From: Escherichia coli
Lineage (GTDB): Bacteria; Pseudomonadota; Gammaproteobacteria; Enterobacterales; Enterobacteriaceae
Assembly: GCF_009931435.1 (NCBI RefSeq)
Contig: NZ_CP043414.1
Length of the DNA: 64,000 bases
Direction: 5' to 3' (one strand)
This document shows, piece by piece, positions 44,401 through 56,326 of the stretch (position 1 is the stretch's first letter; each line of letters opens with the position of its first letter). The notes beneath the pieces were generated by a model. That model saw only the letters and a list, made by a program, of their open reading frames with translations, was not told where the DNA came from and did no database searches. The position numbers and the translations under genes are program-made.

Positions 44401-46713
44401 ATGCCTCGCCTGTTAACCAAACGCGGCTGCTGGATAGCGCTGGCAGCTGCGCCTTTTCTCCTTTTTTTTGCCGCGTGGGGAGCAGATAAACTCTGGCCCC
44501 TGCCATTGCATGAAGTCAATCCCGCACGCGTAGTCGTGGCGCAGGATGGTACGCCACTCTGGCGTTTCGCCGATGCTGAGGGCATCTGGCGCTATCCGGT
44601 AACCATCGAAGATGTCTCTCCGCGTTACCTTGAAGCACTGATCAATTATGAAGATCGCTGGTTCTGGAAGCATCCGGGGGTGAATCCATTCTCGGTGGCG
44701 CGCGCAGCATGGCAAGATCTCACTTCGGGACGGGTTATTTCCGGCGGCAGCACACTCACCATGCAGGTTGCTCGTCTGCTTGATCCTCACCCCAAAACTT
44801 TTGGCGGCAAAATTCGCCAGCTCTGGCGCGCGTTTCAACTGGAATGGCACTTGTCTAAACGTGACATTCTGACCTTGTATCTTAATCGCGCTCCGTTTGG
44901 TGGTACGTTGCAGGGGATCGGTGCGGCAAGTTGGGCATATCTCGGAAAATCGCCTGCGAATTTAAGCTATTCCGAGGCGGCAATGCTGGCGGTGTTACCA
45001 CAAGCGCCCAGCCGACTGCGTCCGGATCGCTGGCCGGAACGTGCCGAGGCCGCACGTAATAAAGTGCTCAATCGGATGGCTGCGCAAGGTGTGTGGTCCC
45101 GTGAGCAGGTAAAAGAATCTAGTGAAGAGCCCATCTGGTTGGCACCCAGACAAATGCCGCAACTGGCACCGCTGTTTTCGCGCATGATGCTCGGTAAAAG
45201 CAAAAGCGACAAAATCGTTACTACGCTGGATGCTGGTTTACAGCGTCGTCTGGAAGAACTGGCGCAAAACTGGAAAGGACGATTGCCACCGCGCAGTTCG
45301 TTGGCAATGATCGTTGTTGATCATACTGATATGAGTGTGCGCGGCTGGATAGGATCGGTTGATCTTAATGATGATTCCCGCTTTGGGCATGTCGATATGG
45401 TCAATGCGATCCGATCGCCGGGATCGGTACTCAAACCGTTTGTTTATGGTCTGGCGCTGGATGAAGGCTTGATCCACCCTGCATCGCTGTTGCAAGACGT
45501 TCCCCGGCGCACTGGTGATTATCGACCAGGCAACTTTGACAGCGGTTTTCATGGCCCGATCAGCATGAGTGAGGCGCTGGTGCGCTCGCTGAATTTACCT
45601 GCTGTGCAGGTGCTGGAAGCCTATGGACCGAAACGGTTTGCGGCAAAGTTACGCAATGTTGGATTGCCGTTATATTTGCCCAACGGTGCTGCACCGAATC
45701 TTTCGCTCATTCTCGGCGGCGCAGGTGCAAAACTGGAGGATATGGCTGCAGCGTATACCGCATTTGCTCGCCACGGTAAGGCGGGTAAGTTGCGCTTACA
45801 GCCGGGGGACCCATTACTTGAGCGACCGTTAATGTCGCCGGGGGCCGCGTGGATTATCCGCCGTATTATGGCAGATGAAGCGCAGCCGCTTCCGGATGGC
45901 GCTTTGCCACGCGTCGTACCACTGGCGTGGAAAACAGGAACCAGTTATGGCTATCGCGATGCATGGGCTATTGGCGTTAACGCTCGTTACGTAATTGGGA
46001 TCTGGACTGGCAGACCGGACGGTACGCCCGTTGTCGGTCAGTTTGGCTTTGCCAGCGCCGTACCGCTGTTGAATCAGGTCAATAATATCTTACTGTCGCG
46101 CAGTGCGAATCTGCCGGAAGACCCGCGTCCTGATTCTGTAAGCCGTGGCGTTATCTGCTGGCCTGGTGGGCAATCATTGCCAGAAGGCGATAGCAATTGC
46201 CGCCGTCGTCTTGCCACCTGGCTGCTCGAAGATAGCCAGCCACCAACATTACTTTTACCGGAGCAAGAAGGAATAAGTGGGATTCGTTTCCCCATCTGGC
46301 TTGATGAGCAAGGCAAACGTGTTGCCGCTGATTGTCCTCAGGCTCGACAAGAAATGATTAATGTCTGGCCATTACCACTTGAACCCTGGCTACCTGCTGC
46401 TGAACGACGAGCAGCGCGCTTACCTGGGGCATCAACAAATTGCCCGCCGTATGGTCGTGATGCTCAGGTACCTTTACAGTTGATTGGTGTGCGTGATGGC
46501 GTAATTATCAAACGTCTGCCAGGAGCTACTGATGCGTCATTACCAGTACAATTAAGCGGAGGAACAGGCGAACGCTGGTGGTTTCTTAATGGTGAACCGT
46601 TAGCTGAACGCGGGCGTAACGTGACTCTGCATTTGACAGAGAAAGGCGATTATCAATTGCTGGTAATGGACGAAATGGGGCAGGTGGCGACAGTGAGATT
46701 TGTCATGCAGTAG
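44401..46713 (+). CDS. pbpC: Penicillin-binding protein 1C (bifunctional transglycosylase/transpeptidase)
   Basis: 770 aa; ATG immediately follows the yfhM stop; transpeptidase motifs SxxK (SVLK) and KTGT. Confidence 0.9.
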   Translation: MPRLLTKRGCWIALAAAPFLLFFAAWGADKLWPLPLHEVNPARVVVAQDGTPLWRFADAEGIWRYPVTIEDVSPRYLEALINYEDRWFWKHPGVNPFSVARAAWQDLTSGRVISGGSTLTMQVARLLDPHPKTFGGKIRQLWRAFQLEWHLSKRDILTLYLNRAPFGGTLQGIGAASWAYLGKSPANLSYSEAAMLAVLPQAPSRLRPDRWPERAEAARNKVLNRMAAQGVWSREQVKESSEEPIWLAPRQMPQLAPLFSRMMLGKSKSDKIVTTLDAGLQRRLEELAQNWKGRLPPRSSLAMIVVDHTDMSVRGWIGSVDLNDDSRFGHVDMVNAIRSPGSVLKPFVYGLALDEGLIHPASLLQDVPRRTGDYRPGNFDSGFHGPISMSEALVRSLNLPAVQVLEAYGPKRFAAKLRNVGLPLYLPNGAAPNLSLILGGAGAKLEDMAAAYTAFARHGKAGKLRLQPGDPLLERPLMSPGAAWIIRRIMADEAQPLPDGALPRVVPLAWKTGTSYGYRDAWAIGVNARYVIGIWTGRPDGTPVVGQFGFASAVPLLNQVNNILLSRSANLPEDPRPDSVSRGVICWPGGQSLPEGDSNCRRRLATWLLEDSQPPTLLLPEQEGISGIRFPIWLDEQGKRVAADCPQARQEMINVWPLPLEPWLPAAERRAARLPGASTNCPPYGRDAQVPLQLIGVRDGVIIKRLPGATDASLPVQLSGGTGERWWFLNGEPLAERGRNVTLHLTEKGDYQLLVMDEMGQVATVRFVMQ

Positions 46714-46861
46714 TCTGTTTTGCTCATATTTGTTGCTTAAACTCGTTTTATTTTAAAAAAATGTTACCTTCATCAATAGTCAACGGCCCTGTTGCTCATT
46801 ATAATCCGCGCCATCTCGTACGCTGGTACAGACAACAACAGAATAATTTACAGAGGTAAAA

Positions 46862-47293
46862 ATGGCTATTGAACGTACTTTTTCCATCATCAAACCGAAC
46901 GCGGTAGCAAAAAACGTCATTGGCAATATCTTTGCGCGCTTTGAAGCTGCAGGGTTCAAAATTGTCGGCACCAAAATGCTGCACCTGACCGTTGAACAGG
47001 CTCGTGGCTTTTATGCTGAACACGATGGAAAACCGTTCTTTGATGGTCTGGTTGAATTCATGACCTCTGGCCCGATCGTGGTTTCCGTGCTGGAGGGTGA
47101 AAACGCCGTTCAGCGTCACCGCGATCTGCTGGGCGCGACCAATCCGGCAAACGCACTGGCCGGTACTCTGCGTGCTGATTACGCTGACAGCCTGACCGAA
47201 AATGGTACCCACGGTTCTGATTCCGTCGAATCTGCCGCTCGCGAAATCGCTTATTTCTTCGGCGAAGGCGAAGTGTGCCCGCGCACCCGTTAA
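46862..47293 (+). CDS. ndk: Nucleoside diphosphate kinase
   Basis: 143 aa; active-site region NGTHGSDS. Confidence 0.95.
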
Positions 47294-47442
47294 TAATTTC
47301 GTAAATGCCGCGTGCAAACGTGGCATCCATGCGCCAGAATTTGTACAATGCAGCGCCCCCGGACGAGCAGCCGCTCACCGGGGCGTTTCTTTTTTCAACC
47401 CTCCAGGGGCCATAACGTGTAATAACGAGGCCGGAATAGCAT

Positions 47443-48597
47443 ATGTCTGAACAATTAGTCACACCTGAAAACGTCACCACGAAAGATGGAAAAATCAACC
47501 TGCTGGATCTCAACCGTCAGCAGATGCGGGAGTTTTTTAAAGATTTAGGTGAAAAACCCTTCCGCGCCGATCAGGTGATGAAGTGGATGTATCACTATTG
47601 CTGCGACAACTTTGATGAGATGACCGACATCAACAAAGTGTTGCGCGGTAAACTAAAAGAGGTGGCGGAAATCCGCGCACCGGAAGTGGTTGAAGAACAG
47701 CGTTCATCTGACGGCACCATTAAATGGGCGATTGCCGTTGGCGATCAGCGCGTCGAAACGGTGTATATCCCGGAAGACGACCGTGCCACGCTTTGCGTTT
47801 CCTCGCAGGTGGGGTGTGCGCTGGAGTGTAAATTCTGTTCCACCGCCCAGCAGGGCTTTAACCGCAATCTGCGGGTGTCGGAAATTATCGGCCAGGTGTG
47901 GCGTGCAGCGAAAATCGTTGGCGCAGCAAAAGTCACCGGTCAGCGCCCAATCACTAACGTAGTGATGATGGGTATGGGCGAGCCGCTGCTCAACCTGAAC
48001 AACGTCGTTCCGGCGATGGAAATCATGCTCGATGATTTCGGTTTTGGTCTGTCTAAACGTCGCGTTACGCTCTCTACATCAGGCGTTGTTCCGGCGCTGG
48101 ATAAACTGGGCGATATGATCGACGTAGCGCTGGCAATTTCCCTGCATGCGCCGAACGACGAAATTCGTGACGAAATTGTGCCGATCAACAAAAAGTACAA
48201 TATCGAAACGTTCCTTGCTGCGGTGCGCCGCTATCTGGAGAAATCTAACGCCAATCAGGGCCGAGTCACTATTGAATACGTGATGCTTGATCACGTTAAC
48301 GACGGCACTGAACACGCGCACCAACTGGCGGAGCTGCTGAAAGATACGCCGTGTAAGATCAACCTGATCCCGTGGAACCCGTTCCCTGGCGCGCCGTATG
48401 GACGCAGCTCAAACAGTCGTATCGACCGTTTCTCTAAAGTGCTGATGAGCTACGGTTTCACCACTATTGTGCGTAAAACTCGTGGTGATGATATCGATGC
48501 TGCCTGTGGTCAGTTGGCGGGCGATGTTATCGACCGTACGAAACGTACCCTGCGTAAACGAATGCAGGGTGAGGCCATCGACATTAAAGCGGTCTGA
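47443..48597 (+). CDS. rlmN: 23S rRNA/tRNA m2A methyltransferase RlmN (radical SAM)
   Basis: 384 aa; radical-SAM Cys motif CALECKFC. Confidence 0.95.
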
Positions 48598-48602
48598 TAG
48601 CC

Positions 48603-48645
48603 ATTACGCCACGGTTACTTTATGTACCGTGGCGTAATCTTTTAT
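48603..48645 (+). terminator. Hairpin terminator downstream of rlmN
   Basis: 12-bp stem attacgccacgg / ccgtggcgtaat followed by a T-rich tail. Confidence 0.55.
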
Positions 48646-48881
48646 GAATGAAGTATTAAGTTGCAATTGTCTGGTCAATATTAACGGTGCGTTTTTGCTG
48701 ACTTTAAGGCAGTATGTAACGATGCAACAGTAAGTTAGCCTTAGTGAATGTGGGCTTTGTCACGAGCACACAGACGGTCTTATACTGTATGATAACGGTT
48801 AACTTAACGGATGTTTCGCGGTGTGGGTGAGCATGATGGTTCACCGGCATCTCAATTCTCATTTAAACGTACCTGCAGCGA

Positions 48882-49895
48882 ATGAATACTGAAGCCACGC
48901 ACGACCAAAATGAAGCACTTACTACCGGCGCTCGCCTGCGTAATGCTCGCGAACAACTAGGACTTAGTCAGCAGGCCGTTGCTGAGCGACTTTGCCTGAA
49001 GGTTTCCACGGTACGCGACATTGAAGAAGATAAGGCACCTGCCGATCTTGCTTCAACATTCCTGCGCGGATATATCCGCTCTTATGCGCGTCTGGTACAT
49101 ATTCCAGAAGAAGAACTGCTACCGGGGCTGGAAAAACAGGCTCCACTACGAGCTGCAAAAGTTGCGCCGATGCAGAGTTTTTCCCTCGGTAAACGCCGCA
49201 AAAAACGTGACGGCTGGCTGATGACCTTCACCTGGCTGGTGTTGTTTGTGGTTATTGGCCTGAGCGGTGCCTGGTGGTGGCAAGACCACAAAGCTCAGCA
49301 GGAAGAGATCACTACTATGGCCGATCAATCTTCTGCGGAACTGAGCAGTAATAACGAACAGGGGCAGAGTGTTCCGTTAGATACGTCGACAACCACAGAC
49401 CCGACTACGACGTCCACGCCGCCAGCGTCTGTGGATACTACCGCAACTAACACGCAAACACCTGCCATAACTTCGCCAGCACCAGCTGTTGATTCACAAC
49501 AGAATGCAGTTGTTTCACCTTCGCAGGCAAATGTTGATACCGCTGCGACCCCGGCACCAACGGCAACAACAACGCCAGATGGTGCTGCGCCGTTGCCAAC
49601 CGATCAGGCTGGCGTGACCACGCCGGCGGCTGACCCGAATGCGTTGGTGATGAACTTTACTGCCGATTGCTGGCTGGAAGTCACTGACGCTACCGGTAAA
49701 AAACTGTTTAGCGGTATGCAGCGTAAAGACGGTAATTTGAACTTAACCGGCCAGGCTCCGTACAAACTGAAAATTGGTGCGCCAGCCGCAGTACAGATCC
49801 AGTATCAAGGGAAACCTGTCGATCTGAGTCGTTTTATCAGAACTAACCAGGTTGCGCGTCTGACCCTAAATGCCGAACAATCACCGGCGCAGTAA
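48882..49895 (+). CDS. rodZ: Cytoskeleton protein RodZ
   Basis: 337 aa; N-terminal HTH, a single TM segment and a Thr/Pro-rich periplasmic linker. Confidence 0.9.
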   Translation: MNTEATHDQNEALTTGARLRNAREQLGLSQQAVAERLCLKVSTVRDIEEDKAPADLASTFLRGYIRSYARLVHIPEEELLPGLEKQAPLRAAKVAPMQSFSLGKRRKKRDGWLMTFTWLVLFVVIGLSGAWWWQDHKAQQEEITTMADQSSAELSSNNEQGQSVPLDTSTTTDPTTTSTPPASVDTTATNTQTPAITSPAPAVDSQQNAVVSPSQANVDTAATPAPTATTTPDGAAPLPTDQAGVTTPAADPNALVMNFTADCWLEVTDATGKKLFSGMQRKDGNLNLTGQAPYKLKIGAPAAVQIQYQGKPVDLSRFIRTNQVARLTLNAEQSPAQ

Positions 49896-49921
49896 CAGAC
49901 GGGTAACGCGGGAGATTTTTC

Positions 49922-51040
49922 ATGCATAACCAGGCTCCAATTCAACGTAGAAAATCAACACGTATTTACGTTGGGAATGTGCCGATTGGCGATGGTGCCC
50001 CCATCGCCGTACAGTCCATGACCAATACGCGTACGACAGACGTCGAAGCTACGGTCAATCAAATTAAGGCGCTGGAACGTGTTGGCGCTGATATCGTCCG
50101 TGTCTCCGTACCGACGATGGACGCGGCAGAAGCGTTCAAGCTCATCAAACAACAGGTTAACGTGCCGCTGGTGGCTGACATCCACTTCGACTATCGCATT
50201 GCGCTGAAAGTAGCGGAATACGGCGTCGATTGTCTGCGTATTAACCCTGGCAATATCGGCAATGAAGAACGCATCCGCATGGTGGTTGACTGTGCGCGCG
50301 ATAAAAACATTCCGATCCGTATTGGCGTTAACGCTGGATCGCTGGAAAAAGATCTGCAAGAAAAGTATGGCGAACCGACGCCGCAGGCGTTGCTGGAATC
50401 TGCCATGCGTCATGTTGATCATCTCGATCGCCTGAACTTCGATCAGTTCAAAGTCAGCGTGAAAGCGTCTGACGTCTTCCTCGCTGTTGAGTCTTATCGT
50501 TTGCTGGCAAAACAGATCGATCAACCGCTGCATCTTGGGATCACCGAAGCGGGTGGCGCACGTAGTGGGGCAGTAAAATCTGCCATTGGTTTAGGCCTGC
50601 TGCTGTCTGAAGGCATCGGCGACACGCTGCGCGTATCGCTGGCGGCCGATCCGGTCGAAGAGATCAAAGTCGGTTTCGATATTTTGAAATCGCTGCGTAT
50701 CCGTTCGCGCGGGATCAACTTCATCGCCTGCCCGACCTGTTCGCGTCAGGAGTTTGACGTTATCGGTACGGTTAACGCCCTGGAGCAACGCCTGGAAGAT
50801 ATCATCACCCCGATGGACGTTTCGATTATCGGCTGCGTGGTGAATGGACCAGGTGAGGCGCTGGTTTCTACACTCGGCGTCACCGGCGGCAACAAGAAAA
50901 GCGGCCTCTATGAAGATGGCGTGCGCAAAGACCGTCTGGACAACAACGATATGATCGACCAGCTGGAAGCGCGCATTCGTGCGAAAGCCAGCCAACTGGA
51001 TGAAGCGCGTCGAATTGACGTTCAGCAGGTTGAAAAATAA
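49922..51040 (+). CDS. ispG: 4-hydroxy-3-methylbut-2-en-1-yl diphosphate synthase
   Basis: 372 aa; C-terminal [4Fe-4S] Cys motif CPTCSR ... GCVVNGPGE. Confidence 0.95.
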
Positions 51041-51150
51041 TAACGTGATGGGAAGCGCCTCGCTTCCCGTGTATGATTGAACCCGCATGGCTCCCGAAAT
51101 ATTGAGGGGCGCGTTGAGGGTTCATTTTTATATTCAGAAAGAGAATAAAC

Positions 51151-52440
51151 GTGTCGAAGAAAATTCAGTCTGTACGCGGTATGAATGATTATTTGCCAGT
51201 GGAAACCGCTGTATGGCAACGCGTTGAGCGCATAATTAAAAGCGTTGTTGAGTCTTACGGATACAGTGAGATTCGCACACCTATTCTTGAGCAAACGCCA
51301 CTGTTTAAGCGCGCTATCGGTGAAGTTACCGATGTTGTTGAAAAGGAGATGTACACCTTCAACGATCGTGAGCGTGATGCAAAAGAGGTTGTCTCGTTAA
51401 CTCTTCGCCCTGAAGGTACAGCAGGATGTGTACGCGCCGGTATAGAGCATGGCCTTCTGTACAATCAGGAACAGCGTTTGTGGTATATGGGGCCGATGTT
51501 CCGTCACGAACGCCCGCAAAAAGGTCGTTATCGACAGTTCCACCAAATCGGTCTCGAAGTTTTTGGCCTACAGGGTCCAGATATCGACGCCGAACTCATT
51601 ATGCTTACTGCTCGTTGGTGGCGTGAACTGGGTATCTCTGAACACGTAACTCTTGAGCTGAACTCTATCGGTTCGCTGGAAGCACGCGCCAATTATCGCG
51701 ATGCGCTGGTTGCATTCCTTGAGCAGCATAAAGAAAAGCTGGACGAAGACTGCAAACGCCGCATGTACACTAACCCGCTGCGCGTGCTGGATTCCAAAAA
51801 TCCGGAAGTGCAGGCCCTTCTCAACGACGCCCCAGCATTAGGTGACTATCTTGACGAGGAATCTCGTGAGCACTTTGCTGGTCTGTGCAAACTGCTGGAG
51901 AGCGCGGGTATCGCTTACACCGTAAACCAGCGTCTGGTGCGTGGTCTGGATTACTATAACCGTACTGTTTTTGAGTGGGTGACTAACAGCCTCGGTTCCC
52001 AGGGCACCGTGTGCGCAGGCGGTCGTTATGACGGTCTGGTGGAACAACTGGGTGGTCGTGCAACACCGGCAGTCGGTTTCGCGATGGGCCTCGAACGTCT
52101 TGTATTGTTAGTTCAGGCCGTTAATCCGGAATTTAAAGCCGATCCTGTTGTCGATATATATCTGGTGGCTTCAGGTGCTGACACACAATCTGCGGCTATG
52201 GCATTAGCAGAGCGTCTGCGTGATGAATTACCGGGCGTGAAACTGATGACCAACCACGGCGGCGGCAACTTTAAGAAGCAGTTTGCCCGTGCTGATAAAT
52301 GGGGCGCCCGCGTTGCTGTGGTGCTGGGTGAGTCTGAAGTGGCTAACGGCACAGCAGTAGTGAAGGATTTGCGCTCTGGTGAGCAAACGGCAGTTGCGCA
52401 GGATAGCGTAGCCGCGCATTTGCGCACGTTACTGGGTTAA
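51151..52440 (+). CDS. hisS: Histidine--tRNA ligase (N-terminal ~150 codons divergent from the K-12 allele)
   Basis: 429 aa from a GTG start; class II aaRS motifs present; the C-terminal ~280 aa match K-12 HisRS as recalled, while the N-terminal region differs and is 5 aa longer. Confidence 0.9.
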   Translation: MSKKIQSVRGMNDYLPVETAVWQRVERIIKSVVESYGYSEIRTPILEQTPLFKRAIGEVTDVVEKEMYTFNDRERDAKEVVSLTLRPEGTAGCVRAGIEHGLLYNQEQRLWYMGPMFRHERPQKGRYRQFHQIGLEVFGLQGPDIDAELIMLTARWWRELGISEHVTLELNSIGSLEARANYRDALVAFLEQHKEKLDEDCKRRMYTNPLRVLDSKNPEVQALLNDAPALGDYLDEESREHFAGLCKLLESAGIAYTVNQRLVRGLDYYNRTVFEWVTNSLGSQGTVCAGGRYDGLVEQLGGRATPAVGFAMGLERLVLLVQAVNPEFKADPVVDIYLVASGADTQSAAMALAERLRDELPGVKLMTNHGGGNFKKQFARADKWGARVAVVLGESEVANGTAVVKDLRSGEQTAVAQDSVAAHLRTLLG

Positions 52441-52457
52441 GGAAGGAGAAGGACAGC

Positions 52458-53078
52458 GTGGAAATTTACGAGAACGAAAACGACCAGGTTGAAGCGGTTA
52501 AACGCTTTTTTGCTGAAAATGGCAAAGCACTGGCTGTTGGGGTGATTTTGGGCGTTGGCGCATTGATTGGCTGGCGCTACTGGAACAGCCATCAGGTTGA
52601 TTCTACACGCTCCGCTTCTCTTGCCTATCAAAATGCGGTTACCGCAGTGAGCGAAGGCAAACCGGATAGCATCCCGGCGGCGGAAAAATTTGCTGCTGAA
52701 AATAAAAATACCTATGGTGCGCTGGCTTCTTTGGAACTTGCGCAGCAATTTGTTGACAAAAATGAACTAGAGAAAGCTGCCACCCAGTTACAACAGGGAT
52801 TGGCAGACACGAGCGATGAAAATCTCAAAGCCGTGATAAATCTGCGTCTTGCCCGCGTTCAGGTACAGCTCAAGCAGGCTGATGCCGCGCTGAAAACCCT
52901 CGATACCATCAAAGGTGAAGGGTGGGCTGCCATTGTTGCCGACCTGCGTGGCGAAGCATTGCTGAGCAAAGGTGATAAGCAAGGTGCGCGTAGTGCATGG
53001 GAAGCTGGCGTGAAAAGCGATGTTACCCCGGCACTGAGCGAAATGATGCAGATGAAAATTAATAATTTGTCCATCTGA
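52458..53078 (+). CDS. yfgM: Membrane-anchored TPR-like protein YfgM
   Basis: 206 aa; N-terminal TM anchor; K-12 synteny between hisS and bamB. Confidence 0.85.
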   Translation: MEIYENENDQVEAVKRFFAENGKALAVGVILGVGALIGWRYWNSHQVDSTRSASLAYQNAVTAVSEGKPDSIPAAEKFAAENKNTYGALASLELAQQFVDKNELEKAATQLQQGLADTSDENLKAVINLRLARVQVQLKQADAALKTLDTIKGEGWAAIVADLRGEALLSKGDKQGARSAWEAGVKSDVTPALSEMMQMKINNLSI

Positions 53079-53088
53079 GAGGGACCCG

Positions 53089-54267
53089 ATGCAATTGCGT
53101 AAATTACTGCTGCCAGGACTGCTTTCCGTTACCCTTTTAAGCGGCTGTTCGCTGTTTAACAGCGAAGAAGATGTGGTAAAGATGTCCCCATTGCCGACCG
53201 TTGAAAACCAGTTTACGCCGACCACGGCGTGGAGCACTTCCGTGGGTAGCGGCATTGGCAACTTCTATTCCAATCTTCATCCGGCACTGGCGGACAACGT
53301 TGTCTATGCAGCAGACCGCGCTGGTTTAGTAAAAGCGCTGAATGCGGATGATGGCAAAGAAATCTGGTCTGTCAGTCTGGCCGAGAAAGATGGCTGGTTC
53401 TCTAAAGAGCCTGCATTACTTTCTGGCGGCGTGACCGTGTCTGGCGGACATGTCTACATTGGTAGCGAAAAGGCGCAGGTTTACGCGCTGAATACCAGTG
53501 ATGGTACTGTGGCATGGCAGACTAAAGTCGCGGGTGAAGCGCTTTCTCGCCCGGTGGTCAGCGACGGTCTGGTGTTAATCCACACCAGTAATGGTCAGTT
53601 GCAAGCCCTGAACGAAGCTGACGGCGCTGTCAAATGGACAGTTAACCTCGATATGCCTTCACTCTCTTTGCGTGGCGAGTCTGCGCCAGCAACGGCTTTT
53701 GGTGCGGCCGTCGTGGGTGGCGATAATGGTCGCGTCAGCGCAGTGCTAATGGAACAGGGCCAGATGATTTGGCAGCAGCGTATTTCCCAGGCGACCGGTT
53801 CTACCGAAATTGACCGCCTGAGCGATGTTGACACGACTCCCGTCATTGTTAACGGCGTTGTTTTCGCGCTGGCCTATAATGGTAACCTGACGGCGCTTGA
53901 TCTGCGCAGCGGTCAGATTATGTGGAAGCGCGAACTGGGTTCGGTGAATGATTTCATCGTCGACGGCAACCGCATCTATCTGGTCGATCAAAATGACCGG
54001 GTGATGGCGTTGACCATTGATGGCGGCGTTACGCTGTGGACACAAAGCGATCTGCTGCATCGCCTGTTGACTTCTCCGGTGCTGTATAATGGCAACCTGG
54101 TGGTAGGTGACAGTGAAGGTTATCTGCACTGGATCAACGTCGAAGATGGTCGTTTCGTTGCCCAGCAAAAAGTTGATAGCTCCGGTTTCCAGACTGAACC
54201 GGTTGCCGCTGACGGCAAACTGCTGATCCAGGCAAAAGACGGGACTGTGTACTCTATTACACGTTAA
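53089..54267 (+). CDS. bamB: Outer membrane protein assembly lipoprotein BamB
   Basis: 392 aa; lipobox LLSGC; PQQ-like beta-propeller repeats. Confidence 0.9.
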   Translation: MQLRKLLLPGLLSVTLLSGCSLFNSEEDVVKMSPLPTVENQFTPTTAWSTSVGSGIGNFYSNLHPALADNVVYAADRAGLVKALNADDGKEIWSVSLAEKDGWFSKEPALLSGGVTVSGGHVYIGSEKAQVYALNTSDGTVAWQTKVAGEALSRPVVSDGLVLIHTSNGQLQALNEADGAVKWTVNLDMPSLSLRGESAPATAFGAAVVGGDNGRVSAVLMEQGQMIWQQRISQATGSTEIDRLSDVDTTPVIVNGVVFALAYNGNLTALDLRSGQIMWKRELGSVNDFIVDGNRIYLVDQNDRVMALTIDGGVTLWTQSDLLHRLLTSPVLYNGNLVVGDSEGYLHWINVEDGRFVAQQKVDSSGFQTEPVAADGKLLIQAKDGTVYSITR

Positions 54268-54384
54268 TCGTCTCTGTCGTTCACTTTGAAAACGGCTCCT
54301 GGACAGGGGCCGTTTTCCTGTTTTTAACAACGACACGAATATAGCGTGCGTTGTCTGATGATTTATAAAAATGAGGCTTTAAAC

Positions 54385-55857
54385 ATGGTACCTGTGGTCG
54401 CGCTTGTCGGGCGCCCTAACGTAGGAAAATCCACGTTATTTAACCGTCTAACTCGCACCCGAGATGCGCTGGTTGCGGATTTCCCGGGTCTGACTCGTGA
54501 CCGTAAGTACGGTCGTGCGGAAATTGAAGGCCGCGAGTTTATCTGTATTGATACCGGCGGGATTGACGGAACAGAAGACGGTGTAGAAACCCGCATGGCG
54601 GAACAGTCGCTGCTGGCGATTGAAGAAGCGGACGTCGTACTGTTTATGGTGGATGCGCGCGCGGGCCTGATGCCTGCGGATGAAGCGATTGCTAAACATC
54701 TGCGCTCCCGCGAAAAACCGACCTTCCTGGTGGCAAACAAAACCGATGGTCTGGATCCGGATCAGGCCGTTGTTGATTTCTATTCGCTCGGTTTAGGTGA
54801 AATCTATCCTATCGCCGCGTCTCACGGTCGTGGCGTATTAAGTCTGCTGGAGCACGTGCTGTTGCCGTGGATGGAAGATATCGCACCACAAGAAGAAGTG
54901 GATGAAGACGCTGAATACTGGGCGCAATTTGAAGCAGAAGAAAACGGCGAAGAAGAAGAGGAAGATGACTTTGACCCGCAAAGTCTGCCAATCAAACTGG
55001 CGATAGTGGGTCGTCCTAACGTCGGTAAGTCGACACTCACTAACCGTATCCTTGGCGAAGAACGCGTCGTGGTTTACGACATGCCGGGCACTACGCGTGA
55101 CAGTATCTACATTCCAATGGAACGCGATGGGCGTGAGTATGTACTCATTGACACTGCGGGCGTACGTAAACGCGGCAAAATCACCGATGCGGTAGAGAAA
55201 TTCTCCGTAATCAAAACATTGCAGGCGATTGAAGATGCCAACGTGGTGATGTTGGTGATTGATGCTCGCGAGGGTATTTCCGATCAGGATCTCTCCTTAC
55301 TGGGCTTTATTCTCAATAGTGGGCGCTCACTTGTGATTGTAGTGAACAAGTGGGACGGCCTGAGCCAGGAAGTGAAAGAGCAAGTAAAAGAGACGCTGGA
55401 CTTCCGTCTGGGCTTTATCGACTTCGCCCGTGTGCATTTTATCTCTGCATTACACGGCAGCGGCGTTGGTAACCTGTTTGAGTCAGTACGTGAAGCGTAT
55501 GACAGCTCCACCCGTCGCGTGGGTACGTCAATGCTGACGCGTATCATGACCATGGCGGTTGAAGATCACCAGCCGCCGCTGGTTCGCGGGCGTCGTGTGA
55601 AGCTGAAATATGCCCACGCCGGGGGTTATAACCCGCCAATTGTGGTGATTCATGGCAACCAGGTGAAAGACCTGCCTGATTCCTATAAGCGTTATCTGAT
55701 GAACTACTTCCGCAAGTCTCTGGACGTGATGGGTACGCCGATTCGTATTCAGTTCAAAGAAGGGGAAAACCCATATGCGAACAAGCGTAACACCCTGACG
55801 CCGACCCAGATGCGCAAGCGTAAGCGTTTGATGAAGCATATTAAGAAAAGTAAGTAA
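54385..55857 (+). CDS. der: Ribosome-associated GTPase Der (EngA)
   Basis: 490 aa from [16 protein letters not shown]; two G domains (GRPNVGKST twice) separated by an acidic linker; the ORF track extends the frame to 54346. Confidence 0.95.
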   Translation: MVPVVALVGRPNVGKSTLFNRLTRTRDALVADFPGLTRDRKYGRAEIEGREFICIDTGGIDGTEDGVETRMAEQSLLAIEEADVVLFMVDARAGLMPADEAIAKHLRSREKPTFLVANKTDGLDPDQAVVDFYSLGLGEIYPIAASHGRGVLSLLEHVLLPWMEDIAPQEEVDEDAEYWAQFEAEENGEEEEEDDFDPQSLPIKLAIVGRPNVGKSTLTNRILGEERVVVYDMPGTTRDSIYIPMERDGREYVLIDTAGVRKRGKITDAVEKFSVIKTLQAIEDANVVMLVIDAREGISDQDLSLLGFILNSGRSLVIVVNKWDGLSQEVKEQVKETLDFRLGFIDFARVHFISALHGSGVGNLFESVREAYDSSTRRVGTSMLTRIMTMAVEDHQPPLVRGRRVKLKYAHAGGYNPPIVVIHGNQVKDLPDSYKRYLMNYFRKSLDVMGTPIRIQFKEGENPYANKRNTLTPTQMRKRKRLMKHIKKSK

Positions 55858-55919
55858 TCACTTATCTGGTTTCCCTTTCCAAACGGAGAGGGAAACTGAA
55901 CAACAGGCGAGGAGTATTT

Positions 55920-56135
55920 ATGGAACTCAACTGCCCAACCTGCCATAACCCTCTCGAACGCAACGGTGAAACTGCCCACTGTGCAACTTGTGCCAAAGAT
56001 TTCACCATTCAGGCGCTTTGTCCTGACTGCCATCAGCCATTACAGGTGTTAAAAGCTTGTGGTGCAGTAGATTATTTCTGCCAGCATGGGCACGGTTTAA
56101 TATCCAAAAAGCGCGTTGAATTTATTGTTGCTTAA
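55920..56135 (+). CDS. yfgJ: Small Cys-rich zinc-ribbon-like protein
   Basis: 71 aa with CPTC ... CATC ... CPDC ... CQHGH motifs; K-12 synteny after der. Confidence 0.8.
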   Translation: MELNCPTCHNPLERNGETAHCATCAKDFTIQALCPDCHQPLQVLKACGAVDYFCQHGHGLISKKRVEFIVA

Positions 56136-56326
56136 TATTATTTAAATATATGGTGTAATCATTTGTATTCATAATATAAATGATTGCATCCTATTTTATT
56201 TGTTGAAACGCAAATGTAAGTGAGCGAAATCACTGTGTTATAAATTTAAGATTATATTTAGTTTTCCTGGCGTGCCTTTCTGAATAATCTGGAATAGAAT
56301 ATTAGAGCTAATTTTAAGCATTATTA
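56136..56326. other. AT-rich core/accessory junction and probable sinH promoter region
   Basis: About 190 bp markedly AT-rich compared with flanking coding DNA; lies where K-12 has the short yfgJ-xseA spacer. Confidence 0.5.

Noticed and set aside
48598-48881. About 280-bp rlmN-rodZ spacer as a possible sRNA or small-ORF locus
   Set aside because: It contains a terminator hairpin and promoter-like AT-rich sequence only; I found no convincing small ORF or structured RNA signature.
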